DNA of 45,276 bases from an uncultured Clostridia bacterium (GTDB taxonomy: Bacteria > Bacillota > Clostridia > UMGS1883). Positions 1 through 8,452 of the stretch are shown one piece after another; positions within the stretch are counted from its first letter, which is position 1, and every line of letters starts with the position of its first letter. Made by a program: the position numbers and the translations under genes. Location: assembly GCA_947624455.1 (NCBI GenBank), contig CANQKL010000001.1, positions 1 to 45,276 of the forward strand, read 5' to 3'. The notes beneath the pieces are model-generated. The model saw nothing but the letters and a program-made list of their open reading frames with translations, was not told the DNA's origin and made no database searches.

Positions 1-341
1 AGGGCATAAAAACCGCGCTCTGCACCAGCTCCCCCGAGAGCTACTTCCGCCCCGCCCTGGAGCGGCTGGGGGTCTATGACCTCTTTGACGCTTTCGCCAC
101 CACCGGCGAGGCCGGAGTCAGCAAGGCCGAGGCCGACGTTTTCCTCCTGGCCGCCCGCCGGGTGGGCGCGGCGGCGGCGGACTGCGCCGCCTTCGACGAC
201 ATTCCCGCCGCTATCCTTGGGGCGAAAAAGGCCGGCATGGAAACCGTCGGCGTTTTCGACCCCCGCAGCGCGGCCGACGAAGAGCTTATGCGGGGCATTT
301 GCGACCGCTACATCATGAACCTTAAAGAGTATTTTGAATAG
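1..341 (+). CDS. HAD-superfamily hydrolase (beta-phosphoglucomutase-like), C-terminal fragment; 5' end lies outside the window
   Basis: Frame 3 is open from the window edge to TAG 339-341. Translation GIKTALCTSSPRSYF...DCAAFDDIPAAILGAKKAGMETVGVF has the HAD motif-III-like FDD-x6-GAKKAGM. Confidence 0.6.
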   Translation, partial: GIKTALCTSSPESYFRPALERLGVYDLFDAFATTGEAGVSKAEADVFLLAARRVGAAAADCAAFDDIPAAILGAKKAGMETVGVFDPRSAADEELMRGICDRYIMNLKEYFE

Positions 342-357
342 TTTAGGAGTTGAACCT

Positions 358-2115
358 ATGAGAGCAATTACCGACGTCCTCACCGGCCTTGTCAGCGCCG
401 CCTTTGAAAAACAGGGCTACAGCCCCGAACTGGGGGCGGTGTCCGTTTCCGACCGCATGGATCTGTGTCAGTTCCAGTGCAACGGGGCTTTCGCCGCCGC
501 CAAGCTCTACCACAAGGCCCCCTTTATCGTGGCCGGGGAGGTTGCGGCTGTTCTGGCCGAAAATCCCGTCTTTGCCAAGGCCGAGGTGGTGAAGCCCGGC
601 TTCCTGAACCTGACCTTGGCCGACGACTTCCTCCTCTCCCTGATGAGGGACATCGCCGCCGACGAAAATCTTGGCGTTCCCCAGGCCGAAAAGCCCGAGA
701 CCATCATCATCGACTACGGCGGCCCCAACGTGGCCAAGCCCTTGCACATCGGTCATCTGCGCTCCGCCATAATCGGCGAGTCCATCAAGCGGCTGGCCCG
801 GGCCACCGGCAGAAGGGTTTACGGCGACATCCACATGGGCGACTGGGGCCTCCAGATCGGTCTGGTAATTGCCGAGCTGGCGAGTCGCCACCCTGACTGG
901 CCCTGCTTCGACCCCGATTTTCCCCAGGGCGGGGAGGTTCCCGAGCTGAACGTTGACCTTCTGAGCGAGGTTTACCCCGCCGCCTCCAAGCGCAGTAAGG
1001 AGGAGCCGGAGTTCAAGGCCGCCGCCCAGGCCGCCACCTTTGAGCTTCAGCGGGGGCGTTCCGGCTATATGGCCCTTTGGCGGGAGATAATGCGGGTCAG
1101 CGTGGCCGACCTCAAGGCCAACTATGCCCGGCTGGGCGTGGATTTTGACCTGTGGTACGGGGAGAGCGACGCCGACCGCTATGAGCCGAAGCTCCTTGAC
1201 ATACTCACCTCAAAGGGGCTTCTGGTGGAGAGCGAGGGCGCGAAGGTGGTGGAGGTGACCCAGGACGACGACAAGGCCCCCATGCCGCCGGTCATCATCA
1301 AAAAAAGCGACAATTCCAGCATTTACGCCACTACCGACCTGTCCACCATCATCCAGCGGCAGGAGGATTTCGACCCCGACCGAATCTGGTACGTGGTGGA
1401 TAAGCGCCAGAGCCTCCACTTCACCCAGGTGTTCCGCTGCGCCCGCAAGGCCGGACTGGTTCGGGAGGAGTGCGAGCTGGAGTTTTTGGGCTTCGGCACC
1501 ATGAACGGCTCTGACGGCCACGCCTATAAGACCCGGGACGGGGGAGTTATGCGTCTGAGCGACCTGCTGGACGCGGCTGAGTCCGCCGCCGCCGAAAAGC
1601 TTGCCGCCTCGGAGTTCACCCAGGGCGCGAACCTGAGCGATACCGCCCGCAAGGTGGGCATAGCCGCCGTCAAGTTTGGCGACCTCATCAACCACCGGAG
1701 CAAGGACTATGTCTTTGACATGGACAAATTCCTGTCCTTCGAGGGCAAGACCGGCACTTACCTGCTTTACAGCGTGACCCGCATCAACTCCATTCTCCGC
1801 CGGGCCGGTCTGGACGACGGCGCGCCCATGGCGGCTCAGCGCGTCTACACCGACGCGGAGCGGGAGCTGATGCTCACCATCCTCCTGTCCGGCGAGGCTT
1901 TCGTTCGGGCCTTTGACGAAAAGGCCCCCAACTATATATGCGAGAGCGCCTACGACTTGGCCGTGGCCTTCTCTCGGTTCTACCATGACAACCATATTCT
2001 CAGCGAGACAGACGGGGCCAAGCGTTCCGCCTGGCTGGGGCTTTGCGCCCTCACAAGGCGGCTCTTGATAAAGCATTTGGATGTGCTTGGTATCGAAGCC
2101 GTGGAAAGTATGTAG
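358..2115 (+). CDS. argS: Arginine--tRNA ligase
   Basis: The ORF runs 334-2115; start set at ATG 358 (AGGAG at 344-348). Class I HIGH motif (PLHIGHLRSA) and ArgRS-typical length and C-terminal domain. Confidence 0.93.
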   Translation: MRAITDVLTGLVSAAFEKQGYSPELGAVSVSDRMDLCQFQCNGAFAAAKLYHKAPFIVAGEVAAVLAENPVFAKAEVVKPGFLNLTLADDFLLSLMRDIAADENLGVPQAEKPETIIIDYGGPNVAKPLHIGHLRSAIIGESIKRLARATGRRVYGDIHMGDWGLQIGLVIAELASRHPDWPCFDPDFPQGGEVPELNVDLLSEVYPAASKRSKEEPEFKAAAQAATFELQRGRSGYMALWREIMRVSVADLKANYARLGVDFDLWYGESDADRYEPKLLDILTSKGLLVESEGAKVVEVTQDDDKAPMPPVIIKKSDNSSIYATTDLSTIIQRQEDFDPDRIWYVVDKRQSLHFTQVFRCARKAGLVREECELEFLGFGTMNGSDGHAYKTRDGGVMRLSDLLDAAESAAAEKLAASEFTQGANLSDTARKVGIAAVKFGDLINHRSKDYVFDMDKFLSFEGKTGTYLLYSVTRINSILRRAGLDDGAPMAAQRVYTDAERELMLTILLSGEAFVRAFDEKAPNYICESAYDLAVAFSRFYHDNHILSETDGAKRSAWLGLCALTRRLLIKHLDVLGIEAVESM

Positions 2116-2162
2116 AAAAATAGAGTAAAAACACCTTAAAAACAAAGAAAAACAAAACTTAA

Positions 2163-2203
2163 AAATATTCCGGCAAGCCGAGCGCTTTCCGGGATATTTT
2201 TTT
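2163..2203 (+). terminator. Intrinsic terminator after argS
   Basis: Stem aaatattccgg / ccgggatattt around a 15-nt loop, followed by a T run (2197-2203). Confidence 0.6.
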
Positions 2204-2236
2204 GCAAAAAAAATTTGTGAATTTTTAAAAAAACAC

Positions 2237-2265
2237 TTGCAATTTCTGCAAGTAGGGTGTAAAAT
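2237..2265 (+). promoter_or_regulatory. SigA-type promoter of the mraZ/dcw operon
   Basis: TTGCAA (2237-2242), 17-nt spacer, TAAAAT (2260-2265), with TG immediately upstream of the -10. Confidence 0.6.
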
Positions 2266-2275
2266 ATAAGCAAAG

Positions 2276-2300
2276 GTGCAACTAAGTGCATAATTGTGCA
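2276..2300 (+). promoter_or_regulatory. Three phased GTGCA direct repeats in the mraZ 5' UTR (candidate MraZ operator)
   Basis: GTGCA occurs at 2276, 2286 and 2296, exactly 10 nt apart, between the -10 and the mraZ start. Confidence 0.4.
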
Positions 2301-2320
2301 ACAGAAGGCGGTGAGAGTCT

Positions 2321-2923
2321 GTGGATAACGAGGATATGAACAGCCGCGCCAACGGGGCGGCTGACTTTGGCGTTCCCGCCGGAAACGCTCCGGCCAACGG
2401 CGCCTTGGCCGACGGCGGAAAGCCCGCCCAGCCGGCCCCTTTGACGACCCCGGACTCTGGCCCCAAAGGCGCGGATACCGGCGAGGAAAAGGAGTTTTTG
2501 GGCAGATACTTCTTCAACATGGACTCCAAGGGCCGCGTGACCTTGCCCGCCAAGCTTCGGGAGGAGCTGGGCGAGGGCTTCTACGTCACCAACGGCTACG
2601 AGGGCTGCCTAAACATCTATGACCGCCGGGGCTGGGCCGAGTTCAGCGGCAAGATCAGGCGGCTCCCCTCCACAAACAAGGCCGCCCGCTTTATGCAGCG
2701 CACTTTCCTTTCCGGCGCGGACAGGCCCGAGCCGGACAAGCAGGGCAAAATACTTATCACCCCGCCCCACCGCCAGTACGCCGGCCTCGTCAAGGAGGTC
2801 GTGATTTTGGGCGTGGGCGACCACATCGAGATCTGGGATCTCCAACGGTGGAACGATTACAACAGCGACAACATGAGCCTTGAGGAGGCCGCCGAGGAGC
2901 TGGACAAGCTCATGTGGGAATGA
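2321..2923 (+). CDS. mraZ: Transcriptional regulator MraZ (start uncertain: GTG 2321 or TTG 2498)
   Basis: Two SpoVT/AbrB-like halves, each with the (D/S)KGR(V/I) motif (NMDSKGRVTLPAKLREEL and PDKQGKILITPP). First gene of the dcw cluster. Confidence 0.88.
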   Translation: MDNEDMNSRANGAADFGVPAGNAPANGALADGGKPAQPAPLTTPDSGPKGADTGEEKEFLGRYFFNMDSKGRVTLPAKLREELGEGFYVTNGYEGCLNIYDRRGWAEFSGKIRRLPSTNKAARFMQRTFLSGADRPEPDKQGKILITPPHRQYAGLVKEVVILGVGDHIEIWDLQRWNDYNSDNMSLEEAAEELDKLMWE

Positions 2924-2997
2924 GCGGCCCGGCGGGGGCATGATATTTATCCGCCTAAGTACTTTTGTGGCAAAAAAATCGAAGCGAGGTGCGGCCC

Positions 2998-3930
2998 GTG
3001 ACCGACGATTTTGAACACTTGACAGTGCTTGCCCAGGAAACAGTCGATCAGCTCCAGGTTCGGCCCGGCGGGCTTTACGTGGACTTCACCCTTGGGGGCG
3101 GGGGCCACAGCGCGATCATATTGGAGCGGGGCGGCAGAGTCGTGGGCATAGACCGGGATCAAAGCGCCATAGACCACTGTAAAGAGCGGTTTTCGGAGCT
3201 GGGGGACAGGTTCACGCCCGTCCATGACAACTTGAGGAACGTGAAAAATATACTGGCGGGCCTGGGGCTGGACAGCCCCGACGGTATTGTGGCCGACCTG
3301 GGCGTTTCCTCGCCTCAGTTGGACAAGCCCGAGCGGGGGTTCTCCTACATGAGCGACGCTCCGCTGGATATGCGGATGGATCCCTCACAGAGCTTGACCG
3401 CCAGGGACGTGGTGAACGGCTACTCCGAGGCGGAGCTGTTCAGGGTCATCAGCCAGTTCGGCGAGGAACGCTGGGCCTCCCGAATAGCGAGATTTATCGA
3501 CGAAAGACGAAAGCAGGAGCCTGTGGAAACGACGGGCCAGCTTGTGGAAATAATCAAGGCCGCCATACCGGCGTCCGCCCGCAAAGACGGGCCGCATCCG
3601 GCAAAGCGGACTTTTCAGGCCATCAGGATAGAGGTCAACGGCGAATTGGATATTTTGGAGGGGGCCGTGCGCTCCGGCGTGGACGCCTTGAAAAAAGGGG
3701 GCCGGATAGCGGTGATCACCTTCCACAGCCTTGAGGACAGGATAGTTAAAAACACCTTCGCCGCCCTGGAAAGGGGCTGCGAGTGTCCGAAGGATTTTCC
3801 GGTCTGCGTCTGCGGGAAAAAGCCGGAGGTGCGCGTCCTCACCCGGCGGCCGATAACCCCTTCCGCCGCAGAGCTGGAAAGCAACCCCCGCGCCAGGAGC
3901 AGCAAGCTCAGGGCCGCTGAAAAAATATAG
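2998..3930 (+). CDS. rsmH: 16S rRNA (cytosine1402-N4)-methyltransferase RsmH
   Basis: SAM motif DFTLGGGGHS and the conserved ITFHSLEDR block. Start set at GTG 2998 (GAGGTG at 2985-2990); the ORF is open from 2965. Confidence 0.9.
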   Translation: MTDDFEHLTVLAQETVDQLQVRPGGLYVDFTLGGGGHSAIILERGGRVVGIDRDQSAIDHCKERFSELGDRFTPVHDNLRNVKNILAGLGLDSPDGIVADLGVSSPQLDKPERGFSYMSDAPLDMRMDPSQSLTARDVVNGYSEAELFRVISQFGEERWASRIARFIDERRKQEPVETTGQLVEIIKAAIPASARKDGPHPAKRTFQAIRIEVNGELDILEGAVRSGVDALKKGGRIAVITFHSLEDRIVKNTFAALERGCECPKDFPVCVCGKKPEVRVLTRRPITPSAAELESNPRARSSKLRAAEKI

Positions 3931-4009
3931 CGGGCCAGACCCGCGCCGAGACCCTTTCGCCCGAGTCGGGCGGAGGGAGAGGTTATTTTCTATGATTCAT
4001 TGATTGGGG

Positions 4010-4513
4010 ATGAGCGTATTGTACGCGGTTCAGGGTTCCAACGCCCTTCAGGAAGCTTATGTGCCGGAGGAGCTGGTCGAGGAATCGGTCGTCCAAACTC
4101 CTAAAAAGAAGCCCTCGGCCCGCCGCGTTCCCCGGAAACGGGGCCTTACGGGCCAGAAAAAGGCGGCGATCATGGGCGTTGTGCTTGCCCTGTCGGTCAT
4201 GGCCTTTATCGTGCAGGTGCTCATGGCGAATTTGAATACGAATTACAGGATTCTCAGCCAGAAAAAGAAGGAGCTGAGCGGGCTTGAGGCCCAGGTCGAG
4301 CAGCTTGCCTCGGAGACCGAGGGCGCGGCGGTAGTGACCGTCACCGAGGAACAGGCGGCGGAGCTGGGACTGTACAAGGCGGACAAGGACAGGGTGGTAT
4401 ATATCTCCCTGGACGACACAGACTCGGGCCAGGTGCTGGCCGAGGACGACAGCAACGTGGGGCTGCACGCCTTCTTTAACAAAGTTGCGGCCATCATGGA
4501 ATATTTTTATTGA
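4010..4513 (+). CDS. ftsL: FtsL-like cell-division protein (single TM followed by a coiled coil)
   Basis: Position between rsmH and the PBP gene. Basic N-terminus, TM helix AAIMGVVLALSVMAFIVQVLM, then a heptad-like segment. Weak RBS; TTG 4004 is an alternative start. Confidence 0.6.
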   Translation: MSVLYAVQGSNALQEAYVPEELVEESVVQTPKKKPSARRVPRKRGLTGQKKAAIMGVVLALSVMAFIVQVLMANLNTNYRILSQKKKELSGLEAQVEQLASETEGAAVVTVTEEQAAELGLYKADKDRVVYISLDDTDSGQVLAEDDSNVGLHAFFNKVAAIMEYFY

Positions 4514-4735
4514 CGATGAAGTAAGATGTAGAGAACGAACACGGCGGCCCGGCAAAGCCCGTCTCAAAACGGCCGAAGGGCCGGAGCAAGAGCGTGAGGC
4601 CCCGGGCGCGTAGAGTAGATCTCATACCCTGGCCGATAGGGAAAACCGTTAGTTTTCCCCAAGGCGAGCCGCCCGACTGGGAAAGGGCGCCGCCCAGGCC
4701 GTTGGCAAGGACGCCGAAGAGTTCGACACGCTCGT

Positions 4736-4765
4736 GGGGAGTGAAACTTCACTCCCCGTTTGTCG
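4736..4765 (+). promoter_or_regulatory. Terminator-like hairpin 20 nt upstream of the PBP RBS
   Basis: ggggagtgaa-ac-ttcactcccc is a perfect 10+10 palindrome (4736-4757), followed by GTTTGTCGT. Confidence 0.45.
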
Positions 4766-4784
4766 TATGTGGAAGGGAGTTCGC

Positions 4785-6998
4785 ATGAATAAGGGAAAAC
4801 TGGCAATTAAAGGCCGAATACACGTTATCACGATGCTGATGGCCCTGGCCTTCGCCTTTTTGGCGGGGGTGCTGGCCTGGAGGCAGTTCGTTCAGGGGGC
4901 GGAGCTTAAGGCCGGAGCAGCCGCGCTCCAGACCCGGGATCAGAAGATAGCCTCCAAGCGGGGGAATATTTACGACCGGAACATGAACATTCTCGCCACC
5001 AGCGGCACAGCCGAGAGGATATACCTTAACCCCAAGCTCGTCTCCCAGACTGAGGAGGCCGCCCGGAAGAAAAAGGCCGAGGACGAGGCTAAGGCCGCCA
5101 AGGACGGGGGCAAAGTGGGGGAGTATCCGGACGTGAATCTCAGCGAAAAGATAGTCAACGTCCTGACCACTAACCTGGGAGTGACCGAGGAGTGGGTCAG
5201 GGAGCAGCTTGCAAAGACGGACAGAGTTTCCATCGAGGTCAAGGCCAACGTGGAGAAATCCGTGGCCGACAAGGTTCGCGAGGCCGATCTGACGGGCATT
5301 GAATTTGTGGGCGACACCAAGCGGTACTATCCCAACGGCAATTTGGCCTCCCACGTTTTGGGCTTCTGCGGCAAGGACGGTCAGGGCCTGGAGGGCCTGG
5401 AAAACATATTGGAGGATCAGCTCAGCGGCACAGCCGGGCGAGTCCGCTCCGCCAAGAGCGCGGGCAACGGGGATATGCCGTTCCAGTACGAGACTTACGA
5501 GGCCGCCCAGGACGGCAACAACGTTATCCTCACCATCGACAAGACCATTCAGCAGATAGTGGAGAACCACCTCCAAACCGCCTATGAGGAAAACAAGCTG
5601 GGCAACGGCGCAGCCTCCATCGTCATGAACCCCAAGAACGGGGAGATATACGCCATGGCGGTGGCCCCCAGCTATGACCTGGGCAATTACAGCGTGATCG
5701 AGGATCCCACCCTGCTTGCCCAGGTGGATAAGTTACTGAACGAGCATAACGCCGAGTATCAGGAGGCCCGTCGGCGCATCGAGAACGGCGAGGCCGAAAA
5801 GGGCGACGAGGACATAAAGGAAATGACCTACGACGAGGCCTACGGTCAGATATTGATGAAAATGCGCCGGAACAAGGCCGTGGTGGATTCCTACGAGCCA
5901 GGCTCCACCTTTAAGACGGTGACGGCCTCCGCCGCCCTTGAGGAGGACGTTGTGAAGCTGGACGACACCTTCGTCTGCACCGGCTCCAAGACAGTCAAGG
6001 ACAGGGTGATCCACTGCTCCAAGCGGGAGGGCCACGGCCCCGAGACCTTTGTGGACGGCATAAAGAACTCCTGTAACCCCGTGTTTATGGAGGTGGGGGC
6101 CAGGCTGGGCGCGGAGAAGTTCAACAAGTACTTTCAAGCCTTCGGCCTCACTGAAAAGACGGGCTTCCTGATCCCCGGCGAGACGGCGGGCATCCATTAC
6201 GACCTGGATCAGCTTGGGCCGGTGGAGCTGGCCACCAGCTCCTTCGGTCAGGGCTTCACGGTGACGCCCTTACAGATGGTGCGGGCCGTCAGCGCGGTGG
6301 TCAACGGCGGTTATCTGATGGAACCCCACATCGTCAAGGCCTACACCGACAGCGAGGGGAATATCACCGAAACCGTGGATCCCGTTGTGGTGCGCCAGGT
6401 CATATCCGAACAGACCAGCGCCACCATGCGCGACGTGCTTGAAAGGGTAGTTTCCGAGGGCGGCGGCAGCCAGGCCTATGTGAAGGGCTACCGCATCGGC
6501 GGCAAGACCGGCACCAGCGAAAAGCAGCCCCGTAACAACAACCTGTACGTGGCCTCCTTCGTGGGCTTTGCCCCCGCCGACGACCCGGAAATAGTCTGCC
6601 TGGTCATTCTTGACGAGCCGATGAACGGCGTGCATTACGGCGGCACCATCGCCGCCCCCGTGGCCGGAGCCATAATCGCCGAGACTCTCCAATACCTGGG
6701 CTATGAGCCTCAGTACAGCGACGAGGATGAGGAAGCCGTTCGCATATCCGTTCCCGATATAACCGGCGACGGCTTGGATTCCGCCGCCGCCCGGCTGGAG
6801 GAGCTGGGACTCAGGCTCACGGTCAAGGGCGACGGAAGCTCGGTTCTGCGGCAGATACCTGCCCCCGGCGCTTCCCTCAGAAGCGGCAGCATAGTTATCG
6901 CCTACACCGACGAGGAGGCCGCCGAGGACGCCGACTCGGGCGGAGACTTGGAGGACATAGAGAATTCGGAGGACTCCGGGGAAGAGACAGAGCAATAA
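4785..6998 (+). CDS. Class B penicillin-binding protein (FtsI/PBP2B/SpoVD-like) with one C-terminal PASTA domain
   Basis: ATG 4785 follows GGAAGGGAG. N-terminal TM helix; transpeptidase motifs STFK, SCN and KTGT; PASTA-like ISVPDITG...IVIAYTD; acidic tail. Confidence 0.9.
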   Translation: MNKGKLAIKGRIHVITMLMALAFAFLAGVLAWRQFVQGAELKAGAAALQTRDQKIASKRGNIYDRNMNILATSGTAERIYLNPKLVSQTEEAARKKKAEDEAKAAKDGGKVGEYPDVNLSEKIVNVLTTNLGVTEEWVREQLAKTDRVSIEVKANVEKSVADKVREADLTGIEFVGDTKRYYPNGNLASHVLGFCGKDGQGLEGLENILEDQLSGTAGRVRSAKSAGNGDMPFQYETYEAAQDGNNVILTIDKTIQQIVENHLQTAYEENKLGNGAASIVMNPKNGEIYAMAVAPSYDLGNYSVIEDPTLLAQVDKLLNEHNAEYQEARRRIENGEAEKGDEDIKEMTYDEAYGQILMKMRRNKAVVDSYEPGSTFKTVTASAALEEDVVKLDDTFVCTGSKTVKDRVIHCSKREGHGPETFVDGIKNSCNPVFMEVGARLGAEKFNKYFQAFGLTEKTGFLIPGETAGIHYDLDQLGPVELATSSFGQGFTVTPLQMVRAVSAVVNGGYLMEPHIVKAYTDSEGNITETVDPVVVRQVISEQTSATMRDVLERVVSEGGGSQAYVKGYRIGGKTGTSEKQPRNNNLYVASFVGFAPADDPEIVCLVILDEPMNGVHYGGTIAAPVAGAIIAETLQYLGYEPQYSDEDEEAVRISVPDITGDGLDSAAARLEELGLRLTVKGDGSSVLRQIPAPGASLRSGSIVIAYTDEEAAEDADSGGDLEDIENSEDSGEETEQ

Positions 6999-7017
6999 AA
7001 TTTAAAGGAGTAATATT

Positions 7018-8433
7018 TTGCGGCTTTCAGAAATGTTGAGGCTGCTGAAGATAAGCGCCGCGCCTGTCGCCGACAGGGAGATAAGCGCGGTGGTATGCTC
7101 CACTGATAAGGTCATAAAGGACAGTCTGTTTTTCGCCATAAAAGGCACGAAAACCGACGGACACAGCTTCGCCGCCGAGGCCCTTAAGAAGGGGGCCGCC
7201 GCCGTGATAGGCCAGGAGGAGCTTAAGCTTGAAGGATATTACAGGACGGAAAACTCCCGCCAGGCCCACGCCCTGGCCCAGAGCGAGTTTTACGGCCGCC
7301 CCCAGAGGGAGCTGAAGCTCTGCGGCGTGACCGGCACCAACGGCAAGACCACGGTGACCGCCATGATACGCTCCGCCGCCGTTTCGGCGGGGGTGGGCTG
7401 CGGCCTTATAGGCACGGTGGACACCGTTGCCGGAGGACGGAGCGCCCCCTCCGGCCGAACCACTCCCGCTCCCGAGGAGCTGTACCCGCTGCTGCGGGAA
7501 ATGGCCGACAGCGGCGACCGCCTTTGCGTGATGGAAACGTCCAGCCACGCCCTGGCGTTAGACAGGGTCTGGGGCTTGGAATTTGAGGCCGGAATATTCA
7601 CGAACCTCACCAGGGATCACCTGGACTACCACCGCACCATGGAGGCCTACGCCGCCGCCAAGGGGAAACTGCTGCGGCAAAGCCGTTTTTCGGCGGTGAA
7701 CGCCGACGACCCCTGGGCGGACTACTTTCTCAGCCAGGCCGCCGGTAAAAAGCTGACCTACGGCGTGGAAAAGGGGGAGTTCAGGGGCTGGGACGTCAGC
7801 CTGAGTCCCGAGGGAGTGGAGTTCGTCTGCGAACTGGGGCAGGTGCGGCTGCCGCCGGGAGGCAGGTTCAGCGTGTACAACGCCTTGGCCGCCGCCTGCG
7901 GAGCGTTGGCTCTGGGTCTGCCGGAGAAAAGCGTCCTTCGGGGGCTGAACCTGTTCAAGAGCGTCCCCGGCAGGATGGAAAAGCTCAAAACAAAGGGAAA
8001 ATACCAGGTCTATATAGATTACGCCCACACTCCTGACGGACTGGAAAAGGTCATCAGGGCCTTGCGGGAGATGGGCGGCGGACGGATAATAACCGTCTTT
8101 GGCTGCGGCGGGGACCGGGATCGGAGCAAGCGTCCCCTCATGGGGGAAATAGCCTCGACCCTGTCCGACCTGTGCGTGATAACCAGCGACAACCCCCGCA
8201 CCGAGGAGCCTGCCGCCATAATCGCCGACATACTCAAGGGAGTCAGGGGCGAACATTTGGTCCAGGCGGACCGCAAGGCGGCTATCAGGCTGGCTCTCAG
8301 GGCCGCCGGGCCGGGGGACAGAGTACTCTTAGCCGGAAAGGGCCACGAGACTTACCAGATAGTGGGCGATCAGACCCTGCACATGGACGAGAGGGAGCTG
8401 GTGGCTGAAATAGAGGACGAGAACAACTTCTGA
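7018..8433 (+). CDS. murE: UDP-N-acetylmuramoyl-L-alanyl-D-glutamate--2,6-diaminopimelate ligase
   Basis: TTG start follows AAAGGAG. P-loop GVTGTNGKTT; DNPR motif (SDNPRTEEP), which is typical of meso-DAP-adding MurE. Confidence 0.9.
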   Translation: MRLSEMLRLLKISAAPVADREISAVVCSTDKVIKDSLFFAIKGTKTDGHSFAAEALKKGAAAVIGQEELKLEGYYRTENSRQAHALAQSEFYGRPQRELKLCGVTGTNGKTTVTAMIRSAAVSAGVGCGLIGTVDTVAGGRSAPSGRTTPAPEELYPLLREMADSGDRLCVMETSSHALALDRVWGLEFEAGIFTNLTRDHLDYHRTMEAYAAAKGKLLRQSRFSAVNADDPWADYFLSQAAGKKLTYGVEKGEFRGWDVSLSPEGVEFVCELGQVRLPPGGRFSVYNALAAACGALALGLPEKSVLRGLNLFKSVPGRMEKLKTKGKYQVYIDYAHTPDGLEKVIRALREMGGGRIITVFGCGGDRDRSKRPLMGEIASTLSDLCVITSDNPRTEEPAAIIADILKGVRGEHLVQADRKAAIRLALRAAGPGDRVLLAGKGHETYQIVGDQTLHMDERELVAEIEDENNF

Positions 8434-8452
8434 AACAGAGGAGGCACACAAG

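Noticed and set aside
342-357. T-box leader upstream of argS.
   Set aside because: Only 16 nt separate the upstream HAD gene stop from the argS start. There is no room for a T-box, so argS appears to be co-transcribed.
1210-2553. Long antisense or alternative-frame ORFs throughout the window. Examples: 1210-2553(-), 8297-9307(-), 9578-10705(-), 10654-11709(-), 14026-15132(-), 15960-17069(-), 22834-24096(-), 33873-35036(-), 35090-36331(-), 38155-40002(-), 40406-41641(+).
   Set aside because: They overlap strongly conserved genes on the other strand or frame. They have Arg/Gly/Ala/Pro-rich junk composition typical of stop-poor frames in about 60% GC DNA. They lack RBSs and recognisable motifs.
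3992-4012. Three-codon uORF (ATG ATT CAT TGA) placed after the strong GGAGGGAGAGG and abutting the ftsL TTG/ATG starts. It could be a termination-reinitiation device.
   Set aside because: It is too short and unconserved to judge from one sequence. It may simply reflect uncertainty about the true ftsL start.
6890-6998. Acidic C-terminal tail of the PBP (EEAAEDADSGGDLEDIENSEDSGEETEQ) as a separate functional module.
   Set aside because: It is a low-complexity tail after the PASTA domain with no repeat structure or motif. It is common and uninformative.
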